A DNA stretch of 64,000 nt from Eubacteriales bacterium (GTDB lineage: Bacteria; Bacillota; Clostridia; Saccharofermentanales; UBA5734). Positions within the stretch are counted from its first letter, which is position 1. Each line of letters opens with the position of its first letter. Of the stretch, positions 9,722-17,749 are shown one piece after another. A model generated the notes under the pieces. The model was not told where the DNA came from. It searched no databases and saw only the letters and a list, made by a program, of their open reading frames with translations. The stretch covers positions 8,680-72,679 of the forward strand of contig JAQUDJ010000007.1 of assembly GCA_028685755.1 (NCBI GenBank), written 5' to 3'. Both the position numbers and the translations under genes were made by a program.

Positions 9722-9789
9722 GTGTGGTATATCCTCCGGGATGTTTTCACGCCACCTGTGGGGCGCTGTGCCTTGCGGCCGTTTGGACT

Positions 9790-9798
9790 ATTGTAACA
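9790..9798 (-). promoter_or_regulatory. Candidate internal extended -10 promoter upstream of fabF
   Basis: The minus strand reads cTGTTACAATag. The 12-mer CTGTTACAATAG is identical to the one at 4268-4279. It lies in the 93-nt fabG-fabF gap. Confidence 0.3.
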
Positions 9799-9814
9799 GG
9801 GCTAGCTGTCCTTT

Positions 9815-10543
9815 TTACAGGCTTAAACCGCCAGAAACTTCGATAACTTGTCCGGTAATGTAAGCACCGGCTTCAGATGCTAAAAAGCTAATGACACCGG
9901 CGATTTCTTCGGCTTTGCCAAAGCGGCCGAGGACGATCTGCTTGCGTGCGCCTTCTTTGATGTCATCTGACAACACGGAGGTCATATCGGTTTCGATAAA
10001 GCCTGGGGCAACGGCATTGACGGTAATCCCGCGACTGCCGACTTCCTTAGCGAGGGTCTGTGTCAAACCTATCACGCCTGCTTTCGATGCTGCATAATTG
10101 GCTTGACCGGCATTGCCGTAAAGGCCTGCGACAGAAGTCAGATTGATGATCCGGCCGGCGCGCGCTTTGAGCAAATCAGGCAAAATAGCCCGACACATCA
10201 AAAACGTTCCCGTTAAGTTGGTCGCGATAATTGAATTCCACTGTTCGAGCGACATCCGCATCGCTAATCCGTCTTTGGTCTGTCCAGCATTGTTGACCAA
10301 CACGGAAACCGGTCCTACCGCCGCTTTCGCTTCAGCGAGCAGGCGCTTGCAGTCAGCTTCCTGGCTGATATCGGCTTGAATCGCCACGGCTTTGACGCCG
10401 AGCTTTACACAATCAGCGACGACTGCCTGTGCTTTTTCGACAGATCCAAGATACGAAATCGCGACATCGTGGCCGTCAATCGCAAACTGGCGCGCGATCG
10501 CTGCCCCAATTCCGCGAGAGCCGCCGGTAATTAATACACTCAT
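9815..10543 (-). CDS. fabG: 3-oxoacyl-ACP reductase (SDR)
   Basis: 242 aa with TGGSRGIG cofactor motif, NNAG, and YAASKAG catalytic motif. It sits in a fab operon. Confidence 0.9.
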   Translation of the reverse strand: MSVLITGGSRGIGAAIARQFAIDGHDVAISYLGSVEKAQAVVADCVKLGVKAVAIQADISQEADCKRLLAEAKAAVGPVSVLVNNAGQTKDGLAMRMSLEQWNSIIATNLTGTFLMCRAILPDLLKARAGRIINLTSVAGLYGNAGQANYAASKAGVIGLTQTLAKEVGSRGITVNAVAPGFIETDMTSVLSDDIKEGARKQIVLGRFGKAEEIAGVISFLASEAGAYITGQVIEVSGGLSL

Positions 10544-11511
10544 AAATGACCTCCAATGACTTGATTCGCCTGGGCGAAGATTTCGATGATGATTTCACGA
10601 GCAGTCTGGCGCTTTTTGACCAAACCAGCTGATTGCCCAGCCATAAAAGAACCCTCTTCGAGATTGCCTTCTTGAACCGCTCGGCGCAATGATCCAACCG
10701 TGATTTCTTCTAGCTCTTCAAAACTCGCTCCGTTTTTTTCGAGATCGAGTAGGCGCCTGGTAAGCTTATTCTTCAAGCTGCGGACGGGATGGCCGCCACT
10801 GCGTCCAGTGACTAACGTGTCAATGTCACGAGCGTCAATGACCATGTTTTTATAATTATCGTGGATCGTACATTCGTCGCAAACGAGAAAACGTGTGCCA
10901 ACTTGGACACCACTCGCACCAAGCATGACTGCCGCTGCGATCCCTCGACCATCAGCAATTCCTCCAGCTGCAATAACCGGGATCCGTACGGCATCAACAA
11001 TCTGGGGTACGAGCACCATCGTGGTCAAATCGCCAATATGGCCACCTGCCTCTGTGCCTTCAGCCACAACGGCGTCCGCGCCAAAGCTTTCGACGCGTTT
11101 GGCATTTGCAACCGAGGCGACAACCGGAATCACTTTGATCCCTGCAGCTTTCCAACCGTCAATATATTTGCCGGGCGAACCTGCCCCGGTGGTGACAACT
11201 GCGACCTGTTCTTCAATAACGACTTGTGCCAAAGCTGCAGCATTCGGGCTCATTAACATGATGTTTACCCCAAACGGCATATCCGTCAATTTACGGCATT
11301 TGCGAATTTCTTCGCGCAGCATATCCGGCAACATCGAGCCGCCGGCGATTAAGCCAAGCCCGCCGCCATTCGAAACGCCCGCCGCGAGCGAAGCATTGGC
11401 CACCCAGGCCATGCCACCCTGAATCAGCGGGTATTCTGTCCCCAAAATCTGAGTTAATCGATTGTCATTAAATAGTCGCATCATATTAATAGACGAAAAT
11501 CGCCGCGCCAT
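10540..11511 (-). CDS. fabK: Enoyl-ACP reductase II (FMN-dependent, FabK/NPD-like)
   Basis: About 315-323 aa TIM-barrel nitronate-monooxygenase-like protein (GGMAWV, GGGLG, AGGGIADGRG), in the fabK slot of a streptococcal-type fab cluster. An alternative start ATGATG at 11484 lies 1 nt after the fabH stop. Confidence 0.85.
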   Translation of the reverse strand: MARRFSSINMMRLFNDNRLTQILGTEYPLIQGGMAWVANASLAAGVSNGGGLGLIAGGSMLPDMLREEIRKCRKLTDMPFGVNIMLMSPNAAALAQVVIEEQVAVVTTGAGSPGKYIDGWKAAGIKVIPVVASVANAKRVESFGADAVVAEGTEAGGHIGDLTTMVLVPQIVDAVRIPVIAAGGIADGRGIAAAVMLGASGVQVGTRFLVCDECTIHDNYKNMVIDARDIDTLVTGRSGGHPVRSLKNKLTRRLLDLEKNGASFEELEEITVGSLRRAVQEGNLEEGSFMAGQSAGLVKKRQTAREIIIEIFAQANQVIGGHL

Positions 11512-12490
11512 AGGTCAAGCCACCACCGAAACCGCTGATCGCTACTTTGTCGCCACGTTTGAGTTTGCCTTCGCGAATCATTTCGTCAAGGCAAATCGGG
11601 ATACTTGCAGAGGATGTGTTGCCAAAGTCTTGCATCCGTTGGATTAAGATCGCCGGATCAACCTTCATACGGCGAGCAGCAGCCTCAACAATGCGGGAAT
11701 TGGCCTGATGCGGGACGATATAGTGCAATTCATCCATGCCGATGTTCGCCTTTTCGGCGGCCTTCATGATGGAATCAGACATCGATCGGACAGCGAATTT
11801 ATAAACATCTTGTCCAGCCATGCCGATGAAATGGCCCGCGGTGTGATTGAAGCGATCTGGCCATATTTTGTCGTCTGCAACGAAGGGGTGTTTAAGATCG
11901 AGCGCTCTGCTGACGAGAAAACCACCGCCATCGCCTTCTGCACCAAGCACAGTCGAGAGCAGTGCGCTTGAATCGCCCGGTTGTGCCCGGCTGACAATCG
12001 CAGCGCTAGCGCCATCACCAAACAAGACGCACGTCGATCGATCTGAATAATCAACGATTTTGCTGATGTTTTCAGAGGCAACGATTAATATATTGTTGAT
12101 GCCAGGGGTCGATAAGTAACGCCCAGCCATATCCAACGCGTAAACAAAACCAGTACAAGCGGCATTCATATCAAAACAAAAAGCATTTTTTGCGCCGAGT
12201 TCATCTTGGATAATACATGCGGTTGACGGTGTATAATAATCAGGTGTAATCGTCGTAACGACAATCATATCGATCGCCAATGCATCGATGCCCGATGCGG
12301 CAAGTGCCTTGCGGGCAGCCTCTGCTCCCATATACCACGTCGGTTCGCCTGACGACAGGCGACGATTGGAAATGCCTGTACGGCTAGTGATCCACTCGTC
12401 ATTGGTGTCGACGATAGTCGCCATCATCTCATTGGTGACAAGGGTTTCCGGGATAAAACTACCGGTTCCGATTATCTTTAGATCAAACAT
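11486..12490 (-). CDS. fabH: 3-oxoacyl-ACP synthase III
   Basis: 334 aa with NAACTGF active-site Cys context, a VPHQAN His region and GFGGGLTYGA. GGAGGATAG ribosome-binding site upstream. Confidence 0.95.
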   Translation of the reverse strand: MFDLKIIGTGSFIPETLVTNEMMATIVDTNDEWITSRTGISNRRLSSGEPTWYMGAEAARKALAASGIDALAIDMIVVTTITPDYYTPSTACIIQDELGAKNAFCFDMNAACTGFVYALDMAGRYLSTPGINNILIVASENISKIVDYSDRSTCVLFGDGASAAIVSRAQPGDSSALLSTVLGAEGDGGGFLVSRALDLKHPFVADDKIWPDRFNHTAGHFIGMAGQDVYKFAVRSMSDSIMKAAEKANIGMDELHYIVPHQANSRIVEAAARRMKVDPAILIQRMQDFGNTSSASIPICLDEMIREGKLKRGDKVAISGFGGGLTYGAAIFVY

Positions 12491-12505
12491 GTCTATCCTC
12501 CAAAA

Positions 12506-12520
12506 CTTGATTTAATCAAG
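12506..12520. promoter_or_regulatory. Perfect 15-bp palindrome CTTGATTTAATCAAG (candidate fab operator)
   Basis: Seen directly. It lies 5 nt upstream of the fabH Shine-Dalgarno sequence, in the fabH-fabD divergent intergenic region. The TTGAT..ATCAA core resembles MarR/FabT-type operators. Confidence 0.35.
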
Positions 12521-12613
12521 CAAATCCGCTACATTGAACTCATCTTTATTGGTCATTCAAATATTTTGATAACCAAAGTATATGGCGATATTTTAGGCCT
12601 TCAAGCCGGAAAA

Positions 12614-12636
12614 GTCAAGTTGACCAACCAAGGTCA
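12614..12636. promoter_or_regulatory. Overlapping inverted repeats GTCAAGTTGAC / TGACCAACCAAGGTCA just upstream of fabD
   Basis: Seen directly. A 5-1-5 palindrome sits at 12614-12624 and a TGACC-6-GGTCA repeat at 12621-12636, 18 nt before the fabD ATG. Confidence 0.3.
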
Positions 12637-12653
12637 GGAAAGCGAGTCCCCTT

Positions 12654-13586
12654 ATGATTGCTTGTGTGTTTGCCGGTCAAGGCTCCCAGTATGTAGGAAT
12701 GGGCACCCAATTAGCCGCTGAAAACGACGCTGCCCGCGCGGTTTATGCGCAAGCTGCTGAAATTGTCGGTGTTGATCTTTTGACTTTAGATGAAGCAATG
12801 CTCAGCCAAACACGCTACGCCCAGTTGGCAATCGTCACCTTGAGCCTAGCCGCCCACGCTGCACTTCAAGCGACTGGTGGTCTTGAGGGTCCTGTCGCCT
12901 ATGCGGGTTTCTCGCTCGGCGAATATACAGCCTTAGCTGCAGCCGGTATCCTGACCCTCAAAGATGTTCTTCATCTTGTTATGGAGCGCTCACAATTGAT
13001 GCAGATGGCTTCTGAACAAAATCCTGGCGCCATGTACGCCGTCTTAGGTTTAGCCGATGCAGCAATCGAAACGGTGTTGGACGCAGATTCCTACAAAAAC
13101 AAGGTTTTTCCTGTCAACTATAATTGCCCAGGGCAGTTGGTCATTGCTGGCAGTGTCGATGCGGCCGCAGCGGCAGCAGAGTCCTTGAAAGCCGCCGGCG
13201 CCAAACGAGCGCTCAAACTCAACGTCAGTGGCGCGTTTCACACGCGCTTCATGGCTCCAGCAGCACCTGGACTGTCAGCCTATGCGGCTACACTGACCTT
13301 TAATTCACCAACTGGCAAACTCTTTTCGAATCGAAGTGGTACAGAAGTGGCCGCCGCAGTGAATTGGCCGGAGTATCTCGCCGACCACCTATGCAACGCC
13401 GTCCGTTGGACCGATGAAGTCCGTGCGATCGAACAAGCTGGTGCGACAACATTTATTGAAATCGGACCAGGCAAAGTTCTATCTGGTTTGATCAAAAAAA
13501 TCAGCCCCACGGCGGTGATAACGAATGTTGAAGACGCAACATCCCTTGCTGCCACACAGTCATTGCTCAACACACGGAGGGCTTAA
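12654..13586 (+). CDS. fabD: Malonyl CoA-ACP transacylase
   Basis: 310 aa with FAGQGSQ, the GFSLGEY active-site serine motif and SGAFHT. Confidence 0.95.
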   Translation: MIACVFAGQGSQYVGMGTQLAAENDAARAVYAQAAEIVGVDLLTLDEAMLSQTRYAQLAIVTLSLAAHAALQATGGLEGPVAYAGFSLGEYTALAAAGILTLKDVLHLVMERSQLMQMASEQNPGAMYAVLGLADAAIETVLDADSYKNKVFPVNYNCPGQLVIAGSVDAAAAAAESLKAAGAKRALKLNVSGAFHTRFMAPAAPGLSAYAATLTFNSPTGKLFSNRSGTEVAAAVNWPEYLADHLCNAVRWTDEVRAIEQAGATTFIEIGPGKVLSGLIKKISPTAVITNVEDATSLAATQSLLNTRRA

Positions 13587-13589
13587 CCG

Positions 13590-14711
13590 ATGCATGATCC
13601 ACGATTTGATACCTTAGCTAACCTGATGTTAAATCATTCACTGCAAATTAAGCCAGGAGACGCCTTCAATATAACTGCTGACATCAACGCCCTGCCGCTC
13701 GTTAAAGCCTTGCTTAAAGCCGCTCAAAAAATCGGCGCATTTGCCACTGTCGACTTCACACATCAGGAAATCAGCCGCCATCAGCTGGGGTTGATTCGCC
13801 CAGAGGACGGTGGGCAAAGTCAAGCCTTCCTAGAACGCAAAGCCGCCTGGAATATTCAGAAATTTGAAAAACTTGTAGGCGAGGTCGTCATTCGCTCTTA
13901 TGCTAACGATCAGGAACTATCCGCGATTGCCCCAGACGTTCGCCGTCTCGATGCCGCCTGTGCCAAGCCATTCCGCGATTTGGTTATCAATCATCGCCGC
14001 TGGGTCCTTTTCGAATACCCGACACCAGGTCAAGCGCAGCGCGCCGGTATGTCGAGTGAAGGATACTTCGACTTTGCTTTAGCTGTGTCCTGTGTCGATT
14101 ATGCCAAAATGCAACGTGACGTCGTCCCACTTGCCCTGCGAATGAAAAACGCCAAGCGTGTGCGAATCACCGGACCAGGTACCGACTTGCGTTTTTCGGT
14201 CGAAAATATCCCATCGGTCCCCTGTTGCGGTGAATATAACATTCCAGATGGCGAATGTTTTACCGCCCCAGTTAAAGACTCGATCGAAGGCGTTCTCCAA
14301 TACAACACGCCCTCAATCTATTGGGGCACAACCTTTAATAATATTCGTTTCGAATTTAAACAAGGTCAAATCGTGACCGCGACGGCAGATCAGCACGTCG
14401 AAAAGCTTAATCAAATTCTTGATTCCGATCCCGGCGCCCGTTACATTGGCGAATTTTCACTGGCCTTTAATCCGTTGATCCAAAACCCCTTTTGCAACAC
14501 CTTGTTCGATGAAAAAATTGCCGGTTCATTCCACTTCACACCTGGCGCATGCTACGACGAAGCACCAAACGGCAATGATTCAACCGTTCACTGGGATTTG
14601 GTCTGTATCCAACGTCCTGAATATGGCGGTGGAGAAATTTGGTTTGATGACGAATTGATTCGGCGCGATGGACTTTTTATTCCCGAAGATCTCGCCGCTC
14701 TAAACCCCTAA
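13590..14711 (+). CDS. Aminopeptidase, M29 (AmpS/PepS) family
   Basis: 373 aa with family-typical blocks (NIPDGECFTAP, GEFSLAFNP, FDEKIAGSFHFTPG). It starts 3 nt after the fabD stop. Confidence 0.8.
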   Translation: MHDPRFDTLANLMLNHSLQIKPGDAFNITADINALPLVKALLKAAQKIGAFATVDFTHQEISRHQLGLIRPEDGGQSQAFLERKAAWNIQKFEKLVGEVVIRSYANDQELSAIAPDVRRLDAACAKPFRDLVINHRRWVLFEYPTPGQAQRAGMSSEGYFDFALAVSCVDYAKMQRDVVPLALRMKNAKRVRITGPGTDLRFSVENIPSVPCCGEYNIPDGECFTAPVKDSIEGVLQYNTPSIYWGTTFNNIRFEFKQGQIVTATADQHVEKLNQILDSDPGARYIGEFSLAFNPLIQNPFCNTLFDEKIAGSFHFTPGACYDEAPNGNDSTVHWDLVCIQRPEYGGGEIWFDDELIRRDGLFIPEDLAALNP

Positions 14712-14726
14712 TCTACGGAGGTATCC

Positions 14727-16250
14727 ATGATCGCAGCAGCCAATTTGACCTTCACGGTCGGCGGCCAACCCATTTCAATGTTGCACGGCCTCGTCTCAGT
14801 CGGTATTCCAGCCTTGATCATCCTCGTCTGGGCGCTTTACGCCTTGATCAATCAACAAACCCTGACGCGCTATCATCGGTTGCTCACTGGACTTATCGCA
14901 CGTATCGAAGCGATCCCCGGGTTTGGCATTGACCAAATCCCGGTCGTTGCCGCGCTCTTTGAAAACACCAACGACCGTGCCCTAATTCGCGCGATTGAAC
15001 ATCTGCAGCACGATCAAGATATCCTCTACCAACAGCGCTGGCTGCCTGATCCGGCCCGTGAACTGTCCCTCGAAAAAATGCTCAGCGGCTCGCGCCGCGC
15101 CGCCCTCCAACTGCGACCCGCATTGACGCTTCTCAGCCTCGGCTTGATCGCTACGCTGATTTCGTTGTTGCTTAAGATTCAACAGCCCCTACCGACTGCA
15201 GAACTTGCGGCAGTTTCGCCCTGGCCGCCAATCCTGATCGGTTTGATCGTCGCTTTGCTATCGGGCATTCAGGCCCGCACCGTATCGGAAAAGTTACGCT
15301 ATGACTTAAGCGAATTGTCCCAAGTGATCGGTCAACGCGTCCCTGTTTTTGGTCAGCAAACCGGAATCGCTCAGCTCATTGATTCGTTCTTTAACTATGA
15401 TCGCCAAATGGTCGGATCGCTTGATCGCTTCAATGCAACCGCCTCACGATTAGCCGAGAGCGACATGGCTGAAGGCATCCGGCGCAGTGTTGAGCAGGTC
15501 CTCTTTGAGTCCGTTGCTCCGACCCTGCGCGAGGCCACAACGCTGTTAGGTGACCTCGCGACTGAATTGAATAAACGTCAGGAGCAAGGGATGGCGGATC
15601 TCGCCAATCGGTTTGCCACTGCAGTCACCCAAGAAATCGCCAGCAACTTAGGCCCAGTCAATCGTGAACTGACCCTCCTGACAGCGACGATGGCGGACAT
15701 CAAGAACTACACGGACTTCGCGATTCGTTCGATGGAAGCCCAACGACAAAATGCCGCGACACAACAAGCCGACATTGCCAAAGCCCTCGAAGAGCTCGGA
15801 AATTCCCGCAACCAATTCCAAAACAACCTCTCATCACTCGATCAACAATTGGCCCGATTTACCGAGGCCTCGACGCGGATGGCATCCACCTATACCTCTC
15901 ACGAAAGAACTTTAGCCGAGACGCTCAATCAAACGAATGAACAACTTAAAGCTGATCAAATGCTGTTGAGTCAAGCGTTGCAACACACTACAGAGACCTT
16001 GGCCCAGACGCAACAGATCAGTACGCAACAACAAACTGTACTCGCTCAACTCACGCAACTAGATGGAACGTTAAATCAATCCTTAACCCAATTTGCCAAC
16101 GAATCCGAAGCTTATGTCACACGGACCATGGACGAACTCGACCAAGGTTTAGCTCAAATCGTCGATCGACTTGCCTTTGCCACAGCTGAAATTCGCGATG
16201 CCGTAGAAGCCTTGCCCGCGGCGCTTCGCCAAGCGCCAAATTTCAGATGA
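14727..16250 (+). CDS. Hypothetical membrane protein: 3 predicted TM helices plus a roughly 320-aa Q/L/A/T-rich coiled-coil tail
   Basis: GGAGG ribosome-binding site. Hydrophobic segments at about aa 21-41, 131-150 and 165-186. The remainder is heptad-like helical sequence. I cannot name a family from motifs. Confidence 0.6.
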   Translation: MIAAANLTFTVGGQPISMLHGLVSVGIPALIILVWALYALINQQTLTRYHRLLTGLIARIEAIPGFGIDQIPVVAALFENTNDRALIRAIEHLQHDQDILYQQRWLPDPARELSLEKMLSGSRRAALQLRPALTLLSLGLIATLISLLLKIQQPLPTAELAAVSPWPPILIGLIVALLSGIQARTVSEKLRYDLSELSQVIGQRVPVFGQQTGIAQLIDSFFNYDRQMVGSLDRFNATASRLAESDMAEGIRRSVEQVLFESVAPTLREATTLLGDLATELNKRQEQGMADLANRFATAVTQEIASNLGPVNRELTLLTATMADIKNYTDFAIRSMEAQRQNAATQQADIAKALEELGNSRNQFQNNLSSLDQQLARFTEASTRMASTYTSHERTLAETLNQTNEQLKADQMLLSQALQHTTETLAQTQQISTQQQTVLAQLTQLDGTLNQSLTQFANESEAYVTRTMDELDQGLAQIVDRLAFATAEIRDAVEALPAALRQAPNFR

Positions 16251-17566
16251 CCTCTGACAACATGCCCAGCAACGCAACGGCGCCGCATCAGCAAAAAACG
16301 TCATTTAATCACCGCCTCGAGCGACTCAAACGATCACACGATCGTCTGATCGTCGCATTTCCGTTGCCGGCCGAAGCCGTTGACCGCGTGTCCTCTGATG
16401 CGGTTGCTAGCTTGCTCGAGCGCGTGCGACCACTCACGCAATCCGCGCAAATCATCCAATTAGCCAGGCACTTATCGCCTCCCGATTTGGATCTGATTTT
16501 CTCAGCACTCACAAAAGCGGATCTCGATCCTCAACTAATCGATCCCAAAACCAATGAAAAGCTCCTCCTCATCTTAAGAGAGCGTGCCTGTCCATCGCTC
16601 TATCCCAAAGCCTGGGTCATTTGGCAACGCCATTACCCGCACCAATTAGCGAACCGAGCCTTATCGATACTTTGCGGCATCCTCGAAATCAAGCGCAATA
16701 CATCGGCCAGTAAAAAACCCCTCGAGCCGCTGCGTTCAGTTAACATGCCGTTGATCTCAAGTCTTATCGAACTCAGTGGTCAAGCCCAAAGCAAACGGCT
16801 GATTGCTCGACTCATGAGTCAGCCCATGTCGCTTCATGAATGCTTTTCACGCTTCGGAATTAATCCGGACTGGGCTTTCGGCAAAGCGGTTTTGTATGAT
16901 GCCTTTGTAGCTGGCAATGACTTGATGTTTGCCGACCAAATCCATCGCCTAGCCGACATTTTTGGCGAAACCGATCTTGAAGGACAAGCGAAAATCCTGC
17001 GCCATTTCCTCACCCTTGAAGCATTAACTCCCGCGGATCGTCAAAACGCTCACGTGGTATTTTACGCCGCGGTCGGCGCCCCGGGCGGTCCGTCGGCAGT
17101 CTGGTCGCTCCTTGGCGAGCGCGAGCGCAAAGCCTACAGCGCCTGGGCGGGACGGGCACGAATTGGCAGCCACTGCCTTGCACAGCCAGAAAAGGCAACT
17201 TTTTATTTGCGTTATGCCACACAGTTGAACCGTGTCGAACAATGGGACACCGATACCATCTTGCTTCATTTTAAATCCTTCGTAATCGCTGACGACCGAC
17301 GATTTCCGGATCAAGCGCTCTTCTACGCCAACACAATTCCCTCGCAACATCCCGCTGGCCTCGTCAGAGATGAACGCGCTCAAAGCCCAGCCAATCCGGC
17401 CATTTCACATCGTCGCGTGGAGGAAATTCTACGCCAAGGTGAAATTAGTGGCATTATCCAAATGCAGTTTGATTCAGAAGGGATCAAAGAATCCGGCGTG
17501 CTGTTGGATTTTGCCTTGCAACAAAAGCAAAACCAAGCCAGCATATTCGAAAAATTATTTAAATAA
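16247..17566 (+). CDS. Hypothetical soluble 439-aa protein, translationally coupled to the preceding gene
   Basis: Its start overlaps the upstream stop (ATGA). It is mostly helical, with no TM segment. The C-terminal block WSLLGERERKAYSAW...EKATFYLRY...ILLHFKSFVIADD...ALFYAN is the only conserved-looking region. No family is confidently recognised. Confidence 0.6.
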   Translation: MTSDNMPSNATAPHQQKTSFNHRLERLKRSHDRLIVAFPLPAEAVDRVSSDAVASLLERVRPLTQSAQIIQLARHLSPPDLDLIFSALTKADLDPQLIDPKTNEKLLLILRERACPSLYPKAWVIWQRHYPHQLANRALSILCGILEIKRNTSASKKPLEPLRSVNMPLISSLIELSGQAQSKRLIARLMSQPMSLHECFSRFGINPDWAFGKAVLYDAFVAGNDLMFADQIHRLADIFGETDLEGQAKILRHFLTLEALTPADRQNAHVVFYAAVGAPGGPSAVWSLLGERERKAYSAWAGRARIGSHCLAQPEKATFYLRYATQLNRVEQWDTDTILLHFKSFVIADDRRFPDQALFYANTIPSQHPAGLVRDERAQSPANPAISHRRVEEILRQGEISGIIQMQFDSEGIKESGVLLDFALQQKQNQASIFEKLFK

Positions 17567-17608
17567 GTTAGATTATTTAGGAAATTTGGCGAATTAGATC
17601 GCTAGTCT

Positions 17609-17689
17609 CATTTAGGTCATTTAGGCCGATTAAGCCATTCAGGCCGATTAAGCCATTTAGATCATTTAGGTCGTTTAGGCCGATTAAGT
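17609..17689. repeat. Nine tandem copies of a degenerate 9-bp unit (CATTTAGGY / CGATTAAGY), also readable as 18-bp units
   Basis: Read directly: catttaggt catttaggc cgattaagc cattcaggc cgattaagc catttagat catttaggt cgtttaggc cgattaagt. More degenerate units extend back to about 17568. The region is intergenic, and no ATG-initiated ORF spans it. Confidence 0.9.
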
Positions 17690-17749
17690 ATCCTGAGACA
17701 CCTGATTTTCCCATTGACACGATTACAATGAGGCAAAGGAGGGATTTTT

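Noticed and set aside
9722-9814. Looked for a missed acpP in the fabG-fabF gap, the fabH-fabK junction and the fabH-fabD intergenic region
   Set aside because: There is no ORF of ACP size and no DSL(D/E) motif frame in any of these gaps. ACP is concluded to be encoded elsewhere.
10895-11422. 175-aa ORF antisense to fabK. There are many other 60-170-aa ORFs antisense or out of frame inside confident genes, e.g. 576-863, 4524-4895, 22348-22762, 25903-26394, 27047-27448, 44250-44687, 50537-51037, 57211-57597.
   Set aside because: They lie wholly within strongly supported genes, are low-complexity or Pro/Ser/Arg-rich, and have no ribosome-binding site. This is typical shadow-ORF behaviour.
14727-17566. 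Calling the pair ZorA/ZorC (Zorya)
   Set aside because: The resemblance is architectural and from memory only. There is no ZorB/MotB homologue, no recognisable MotA/ExbB channel motif, and no ZorD-like nuclease or helicase. It is left as hypothetical and reported as a hypothesis in the findings.
17609-17689. Possible CRISPR array or coding repeat
   Set aside because: The units are only 9 bp (or 18 bp), directly abutting with no spacers, and no cas genes are nearby. The only open frame across it lacks a start codon. It is kept as a plain tandem repeat.
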